Assembly: GCA_029565065.1 (NCBI GenBank)
Contig: JAKQOW010000036.1
Span: 59,846 to 123,845, forward strand
Length of the DNA: 64,000 nt
Reading direction: 5' to 3'
Source of the DNA: Acidobacteriota bacterium
GTDB taxonomy: Bacteria > Acidobacteriota > JAAYUB01
Positions within the stretch are counted from its first letter, which is position 1, and the number at the start of each line of letters is the position of its first letter. The position numbers and the translations under genes are program-made. Below, in pieces: positions 58,475 through 64,000 of the stretch. The notes under the pieces were generated by a model. The model had not been told where the DNA came from. It worked only from the letters and a program-made list of their open reading frames with translations, and made no database searches.

Positions 58475-60457
58475 ATGAGCGTGCTGGCCGATGGTCTCAT
58501 CGTCCTGGGGCTGGCGATCGCGGTGGCGGTCATCTGCCACCGCCTGCGCATTCCGGCGGTGGTGGGGTTCCTCCTGACCGGGGTGATCGCCGGTCCTTGC
58601 GGTCTGGCCCTGGTGCCCACCACCGCTGAGGTGGACCATCTCGCCGAGTTGGGCGTGGTCCTGCTGCTGTTCACCATCGGAGTCGAATTTTCCCTGACCC
58701 AGCTGCTGGCCATCCGCCGCTACGTCCTGCTCGGGGGCACGCTCCAGGTGGGGCTGACCGCCGCCGTGGCCGGCGCTCTCGCGGTCGGCCTGGGCCGGCC
58801 CTGGGGGGAGGCGGTGTTCATCGGCTGGCTGGTGTCGCTCAGCAGCACCGCGGTGGTGTTGAAGCTGATGCAAGAACGGGCCGAAGTGGACACGCCCCAC
58901 GGCCGGATGATCCTCGGCATCCTGATCTTCCAGGACATCATCGCGGTGCCCATGATGCTGGTCGCGCCGCTGCTGTCCGCCAGTCATGCCGGTGGCGTCG
59001 GCGCGATCGCCCTCCTCCTGGCCAAAGGCGTCGGCATCATCGCCGTCGCCGTCCTGGCGGCCCGCTGGGCGGTGCCCCGGCTGTTGCACCTCGTGGCGCG
59101 CACCCGCAACCGCGAGGTGTTTCTGCTGGCGGTGATCGCCGTCTGCCTGAGCGTGGCCTGGCTGACCGCGACGGCGGGCTTGTCGCTGGCCCTGGGCGCG
59201 TTCCTGGCCGGACTCATCATCTCCGAATCCGAGTACGGCCTGCAGGCGCTGGGGAACATCATCCCCCTGCGCGACGTGTTCACCAGCTTCTTCTTCGTCT
59301 CGGTGGGCATGCTGCTCGATACCGGTTTTGTCGTCCAGCATCCCCTCCTGGTGACCGTGGCGGTGATCGGTGTGATTTTCGTCAAGGGGATGCTGGCCGG
59401 CGTAACCGCCTGGCTGATGGGCGGCATCCTGCGGGCATCGGTCGGGGTGGGGCTGGCGCTGGCCCAGGTGGGCGAGTTTTCGTTCATCCTGGCCCGGGTG
59501 GGGCAGGCGAACGGTCTCATGGCGGATTGGGTCTTTCCGCTTTTTCTCGCGGCCGCGGTGGCCAGCATGGCCGCCACGCCCCTGACGATGGCCGCCGCGG
59601 ACCGTGTCACCGCCTGGCTCAGCCACCTGCCGCTGCCGGAGCGGGCGTGGTCCGGCCGCTTTCCGGCGCTCCCGCACGACGTCGGCAACCTGAGGGATCA
59701 CCTGGTGATCGTGGGTTTCGGCGTCAACGGCCGCAATGTGGCCGCGGCGGCCAGGCGGGCGGGCATCCCGTACATCGTGACGGAGCTCAACCCGGACACC
59801 GTCCGCCGCGAGCAGGCGGCCGGCGAGCCCGTCATCTTCGGCGATGCCAGCCGGGAGCTGGTGCTGGAGCACGCGGGTGTCGGCGCCGCGCGGGTGGTGG
59901 TGGTGGCCATCAACGATCCGGCAGCCACGCGGGCGGTGGCCGCCGCCGTGCGCCGGCTGCATCCGGCGGTCCACCTGATCGTGCGGACGCGGTACCTGCA
60001 GGAGGTCCAGCCGCTCGCGGCGATGGGCGTGAGCGAGATCATCCCCGAGGAGTTCGAGACCTCGGTGGAGATCTTCACCCGCGTGCTGTCCCACTACCTG
60101 GTGCCCAGCGACGCCATCGAGGAGCATGTGGCGGCGATCCGCGCGTCCGGATACGCGATGTTCCGCAGCCTGTCGACCGGGACGGCGCCGCTGCCCGCGC
60201 GACCCGAGATCAACATCGCCGCGGTGCGCCTGGAGGCCGGATCCGATCTGGCCGGGCAGACGCTGGCGGAGGCGCGGTTGCGCAACCGGTTCGGCGTGAC
60301 CGTGGCATCCGTCCAGCGAGGCGCCGAGACTCTCGATGCCGCCGCAGCCGATTTGCGGCTGCAGGAAGGGGACGTCCTATACGTGATCGGCGCCCCGGAC
60401 CGCGTGGCGGCCATGGGGCGGGCCTGCCGGGGCTGCCGGCCGGGTGATTCTCCGTGA
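58475..60457 (+). CDS. Monovalent cation:proton antiporter (CPA2 family, KefB/KefC-like) with TrkA-N (RCK) and TrkA-C domains
   Basis: 12-13 TM Na_H_exchanger core; Rossmann HLVIVGFGVNGRNVAAAARRAG; C-terminal TrkA-C. Confidence 0.85.
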   Translation: MSVLADGLIVLGLAIAVAVICHRLRIPAVVGFLLTGVIAGPCGLALVPTTAEVDHLAELGVVLLLFTIGVEFSLTQLLAIRRYVLLGGTLQVGLTAAVAGALAVGLGRPWGEAVFIGWLVSLSSTAVVLKLMQERAEVDTPHGRMILGILIFQDIIAVPMMLVAPLLSASHAGGVGAIALLLAKGVGIIAVAVLAARWAVPRLLHLVARTRNREVFLLAVIAVCLSVAWLTATAGLSLALGAFLAGLIISESEYGLQALGNIIPLRDVFTSFFFVSVGMLLDTGFVVQHPLLVTVAVIGVIFVKGMLAGVTAWLMGGILRASVGVGLALAQVGEFSFILARVGQANGLMADWVFPLFLAAAVASMAATPLTMAAADRVTAWLSHLPLPERAWSGRFPALPHDVGNLRDHLVIVGFGVNGRNVAAAARRAGIPYIVTELNPDTVRREQAAGEPVIFGDASRELVLEHAGVGAARVVVVAINDPAATRAVAAAVRRLHPAVHLIVRTRYLQEVQPLAAMGVSEIIPEEFETSVEIFTRVLSHYLVPSDAIEEHVAAIRASGYAMFRSLSTGTAPLPARPEINIAAVRLEAGSDLAGQTLAEARLRNRFGVTVASVQRGAETLDAAAADLRLQEGDVLYVIGAPDRVAAMGRACRGCRPGDSP

Positions 60458-60575
60458 TGTCCGCTCACCGCCGCACCCGACACTCGTAGCCCCTTACCGC
60501 CTGCGGCCAGCCGTCAAATCAATCCACCCGCCCGAGGTGAGACAACCGATCCAGCCCTTGCCGCCGCGGCCGGAT

Positions 60576-62816
60576 TCAGAGCGTCAGGTCGCCGCTGAGG
60601 CAGCCGCAGAGGATCATCAGGTCCTGCGTCGTCACGGCGGAATCGTCGTCCAAGTCCATGTTCACCCATCCCTGGGTGGTCAGGACGGCCTGCCCGGTGA
60701 AGTGGCAGAGACAGGCCAGCGCGTCCAGAATGTTCACGGTTCCATCGAGATTCGCGTCGCCCGGCAGTTCCGATGTTGCTTCCGAGTAGGTGATCTCCAG
60801 GTACGAGCGGCTGCCGGCGGAGTACTCACTGGCCTTGAGCTGGGTGATGGTGGCCGAGTCGTTGACCAGCAGGAAGCCGAAGTTGTCCTCGACGCCATCC
60901 ACCCATTGCTGGACCTGCGCGGTCACGTCAATGACCGGATAGAAGCAGTGGTCGCAGCCCTGGGTGATCTCCGAATGGCCCAGCCACTCGCCGTAGTCGC
61001 CGCCGGGCTGGGTCCAGCTCTGCCCGGACCATGCGCTGTTCCAGGTGGTCTGGGACTCCGACCAGGCGTGGGTGACCCGGTACAGGTCCATGTATTGGCC
61101 CGGCTGCCAGTTGCTCTGCCCCCAGCCATAGAAACCGACCGCCGCGGCCACGATCTGCCGGCCCTGCAGCTCGGCCGGCAGCGCGAACCGGATGATGAAA
61201 TGGTACAGGCGGGTGTAGGCCGTGTTGCCGAAATTCGTGTTGGGCTGGGTCGGATCCAGGAAGGCGTCCTCGACCTCGGAAGTGTCCTCCAGCCGGATGG
61301 TGTGGCTTTCGTTGGGCACGAAGACGACGGCCTCGTTGCTGTAGGCCGAATCGCCGAAGCCGTTCCGGGCTTTCACCCGGTAGTGGTAGGTGTGCAACAC
61401 CGCGGGATTGAGGTCCTGGTAGGTGGTGGTGTCGGCCGGCAGGGTGTCGTCCAAAATCACGAATGAGCCGCTGTCGATGGCTCGCTCCACCACGAAGTGA
61501 TCCTCGATGGTGGAGTTGTCGGTCCAGTTGAGGATCACGTGAACGCCGCTGAACGTAGCGCCCAGGCCGCTCGGGGCGGGCGGCGGCTGCGTCGCCAGCA
61601 CCGCGGTGTCAGCCGGAGACGGGGCGGAGGCGCACTCGGCGGTGAAGGCCACCACCCGGTACGTGTACGTGCCGTCGGGCAAAGGCCCGCCTCCGTGGTT
61701 GTTGTCCGTGTAGGCGGTGACGTCAGCGGCGACTTCGGCATAGTCGTCGTCCCAGGCGCCGCCGCCGTATTGGCGCTGGATCCGGAAGCCGGTTTCCTCG
61801 GGGTCGCTGGAGTTGTCGGTCCAGGTCAGCTGCACCCGGTGCTGGTACTGGTCCGGCGTGGCCTGGAGGCCGGAGGGGGCGGGCAGGCATTCGTCGCCGT
61901 CCCAGCCGGCCAGCCGGGCGAAGAGCCACCAGGCCGACCGGCCCTTGAGCACGCAGTTGAGATTGGCTGCGGCGGGATTGTCCGAATGGGCGCAGCCGCT
62001 GCAGCCGCTGTAGCCGGGCACACCGTTGCCGGTGGTCAGCAGCGCCAGTTCGGCCGTCGGATTTGCGGCGATCCACTGGGCGGCCCAGTTGCCGCCGCTG
62101 TAATCCAGGTTGTCATACAGCCCCAGGTCCCAGAAGTAATCGCCGTCCGGGTCGTAGGCCTCGATGTCGGCGAAGTCGAACAGCACCCGGCCATGATTCT
62201 GGCAGTGCTGGCGGATGTACTGGTTGTTGAAATGGACGTTGCCGTTGCCCGTGTCCGGATTCTGGTAGGCGTATTCTCCTTCGCCCTCCGCGTGACCGGT
62301 CATGAACACGAAGGTGACGTCCGGATACTCGCTGACCAGCTTCTCCATGTTGGTGACGTAGCGGGGTGCGTTGTGCCCGTTGATGCTGCACCAGGACCAG
62401 ATCACCACGTTGATGTGGCTGTTGGCCGGATTGTCCAGCAACTCGCGGGTGGCCACGACCCAGGGGGTGTCGCCATTTCCGTCCACCCAGTCTCCCTGGC
62501 TGAGGTCGGCGCAACCCGGGATGCCGTAATCGTCCAGATCCAGCGCGCCGGGAACGGCCCCAGCATCATCCCAGTCATACCGGGTCCCGAAAGGCGGATA
62601 GGCGCTCAGGCTGTTCATCCCGGTGATCAGCTGGCTGCCGTGCGAGGTGTGCTGATAGGCGATGTGAAGGTTCGATTTGGCCAGATCGAGCCAAGCTTCC
62701 GGAATCTGTGCCAGGTCCGTATTCCGGTGGCCGATCACCATGCCCTGTCCCAGGCACGAGGTTATCAGACATCCGCACAACAGGCAGTACCAAAGAAGTC
62801 GTGTCAACATCAACAT
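60576..62816 (-). CDS. Secreted multidomain protein: N-terminal putative hydrolase domain, two FN3-like domains, C-terminal dockerin-like Ca-binding repeats
   Basis: Signal peptide; FN3-like segments (LQATPDQYQHRVQLTWTDNSSD; LGATFSGVHVILNWTDNS); dockerin-like GDANLDGTVNILDALACL and DLDDDSAVTTQDLMIL. Confidence 0.6.
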   Translation of the reverse strand: MLMLTRLLWYCLLCGCLITSCLGQGMVIGHRNTDLAQIPEAWLDLAKSNLHIAYQHTSHGSQLITGMNSLSAYPPFGTRYDWDDAGAVPGALDLDDYGIPGCADLSQGDWVDGNGDTPWVVATRELLDNPANSHINVVIWSWCSINGHNAPRYVTNMEKLVSEYPDVTFVFMTGHAEGEGEYAYQNPDTGNGNVHFNNQYIRQHCQNHGRVLFDFADIEAYDPDGDYFWDLGLYDNLDYSGGNWAAQWIAANPTAELALLTTGNGVPGYSGCSGCAHSDNPAAANLNCVLKGRSAWWLFARLAGWDGDECLPAPSGLQATPDQYQHRVQLTWTDNSSDPEETGFRIQRQYGGGAWDDDYAEVAADVTAYTDNNHGGGPLPDGTYTYRVVAFTAECASAPSPADTAVLATQPPPAPSGLGATFSGVHVILNWTDNSTIEDHFVVERAIDSGSFVILDDTLPADTTTYQDLNPAVLHTYHYRVKARNGFGDSAYSNEAVVFVPNESHTIRLEDTSEVEDAFLDPTQPNTNFGNTAYTRLYHFIIRFALPAELQGRQIVAAAVGFYGWGQSNWQPGQYMDLYRVTHAWSESQTTWNSAWSGQSWTQPGGDYGEWLGHSEITQGCDHCFYPVIDVTAQVQQWVDGVEDNFGFLLVNDSATITQLKASEYSAGSRSYLEITYSEATSELPGDANLDGTVNILDALACLCHFTGQAVLTTQGWVNMDLDDDSAVTTQDLMILCGCLSGDLTL

Positions 62817-63219
62817 CCGCTCCTTGGGGTGAAATGGGTGAAAACAAACTATAGCAAAGTTGATGCCAAAATATCACGATATTGTTGCAGGTTCTCGCGG
62901 GGTTTGCCCAGCCTGTAGTTCAAAGTGCAATCTACTGATTAAATTGACGTTGGTGGAATTTGTGGAGTGTGGGACAGTGGAAACCGAATCCCGGCGAACG
63001 GGTTGAGCTCTTTCAAAAGTCACAAAATCCATCACCGGGTGATGCAATTTGTTACCAGCTTTGCGATCCGGGGAACTCGGCAGTGGCGGGGTGGGTTTCG
63101 AGCGTGCGGCCGCGTATGCTATGATGAGCTCGTCAGCAGACGGATGTAGCAGGCGAGCCGGAAGTCCATATCGGCTTCAGGCATCGGCCCGGTGAGCCGG
63201 ATCAATTCCAGGGGGTGCG

Positions 63220-63465
63220 ATGATGCACGAGGTGCCGGAGAACACCTTCAAACTGTACCGGATCTTCAAGGCGGCGGTGGAGGACGAGCGCAAGGCCCAG
63301 CAAATGTACCAGGACGCGCTGGCCCTCTGCGAGGACCCCATGGTCCGCGCGGCCATCGAGGGCTTGTACGCGGACGAGGTGCGACACGAGCGGGAGGTCA
63401 TCGGCCGCTACAACGATCTGCGCAAGCAGTACGCGGCGCTTGCGGCGGATAAAGACCCGGTCTGA
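63220..63465 (+). CDS. Small ferritin-like/rubrerythrin-like domain protein (81 aa)
   Basis: ExxH-type motif (ADEVRHERE) and ERKAQQMYQ helix reminiscent of diiron ferritin-like half-domain; weak. Confidence 0.4.
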   Translation: MMHEVPENTFKLYRIFKAAVEDERKAQQMYQDALALCEDPMVRAAIEGLYADEVRHEREVIGRYNDLRKQYAALAADKDPV

Positions 63466-63530
63466 CCGGGCGTTCGCCCGACGGTCGGCCACCGGCGCGG
63501 TTCAACGGGCGCCGCGCAGGCGGCCGGGGA

Positions 63531-64000
63531 TCAGAACCGGCGGGTCAGGGACACCGCCGCGATGAATCCGTCGTAGGCGCCGCTGGCGGCCGGGTTGTTG
63601 CTGACATAGCCCGCACGGGCCACCACCATCCAGTCGCTGAAGATCCCGAAGGAAGCCTCGGCGTTGACATCGCCGCCGAACCGGAATTCGGCCATCAGGT
63701 CGTCTTTCAGGACGCCGAAGGCGGCGTCGACGCTGAGCCCGACGTTTTCGCTGACCTTCCAGTAGGTGAATGCGGTGCCCGCGTACCGCTGATAGCGGCG
63801 GGGATCGTAGTAGCCGTTGTCCAGGTTTTTGTCGAAGCCCTGCCACCAACCGCGGAATCCCAGATCCAGGTTCATCAGCTCCCGCCGCAGCACGGACTTG
63901 CGGGGCGCCACGATGAACTCCCAGCGGCTGTTGTCGTCGGAGAAGGTGTCGTAACCGCCGATGGCGTCCACGTACCAGCCCAGCGCGGGGTTGAGCCGGA
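63531..64000 (-). CDS. Outer membrane beta-barrel protein, C-terminal part (gene continues beyond window end)
   Basis: Frame open to window edge; alternating amphipathic strands; C-terminal ...VSLTRRF aromatic terminus. Confidence 0.5.
   Translation of the reverse strand, partial: RLNPALGWYVDAIGGYDTFSDDNSRWEFIVAPRKSVLRRELMNLDLGFRGWWQGFDKNLDNGYYDPRRYQRYAGTAFTYWKVSENVGLSVDAAFGVLKDDLMAEFRFGGDVNAEASFGIFSDWMVVARAGYVSNNPAASGAYDGFIAAVSLTRRF

Noticed and set aside
58403-60127. 574-aa minus-strand ORF
   Set aside because: Antisense to the KefB-like antiporter, which has clear TM and RCK motifs.

Overview
This is a 64-kb window from a high-GC (about 65-70%) bacterial chromosome, most likely an anaerobe given the genes present.

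The first ~41 kb are largely core genes. In order: an HtrA-like protease (partial), an amino-acid ABC binding protein, tsaB-rimI, uppP, a BatD / BatB-BatC (VWA-TPR) pair, an FHA/zinc-ribbon protein followed by mglB-mglA, an ECF sigma factor and a small 2x[4Fe-4S] ferredoxin. Then comes an aromatic 2-oxoacid/aldehyde module (iorAB, tungsten-type aldehyde:ferredoxin oxidoreductase, polyferredoxin, ThiS/MoaD-like carrier), a secreted HEXXH-TPR protein, a radical-SAM/SPASM enzyme with a nucleotidyltransferase, a DUF481-type outer membrane protein, a glycerophosphodiester phosphodiesterase (GDPD), a large beta-propeller protein, asnS, an Slt-type lytic transglycosylase, a propeller/Y_Y_Y GGDEF diguanylate cyclase, two MFS transporters and a prolyl oligopeptidase.

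About 41.8-52.7 kb is a compositionally mosaic accessory (defence) island. It contains higBA, a low-GC protein with a PD-(D/E)xK signature, and a complete Type I R-M system (hsdM, hsdS, hsdR). Two extra nuclease-like genes sit between hsdS and hsdR, separated by a 96-nt remnant that fuses an hsdR 5' fragment to an hsdS 3' fragment (evidence of cassette stacking). Two low-GC genes follow hsdR; one has an Rx4H HEPN-like motif.

Downstream is an oxidative-stress cluster: an AlkD-like repair protein, a 2-Cys peroxiredoxin whose peroxidatic Cys codon is an in-frame TGA followed by a hairpin (predicted selenocysteine), katG and a Fur/PerR-like regulator with an AT-rich palindromic box. After that come a KefB-like antiporter, a secreted FN3/dockerin-like protein, a small ferritin-like protein and a partial outer membrane beta-barrel.

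Intergenic regions carry unusual tandem heptanucleotide repeat blocks. Two ~160-bp composite direct repeats built from such blocks flank a low-GC secreted-protein gene. Many long ORFs in the supplied track are GC-driven antisense artefacts and were rejected.
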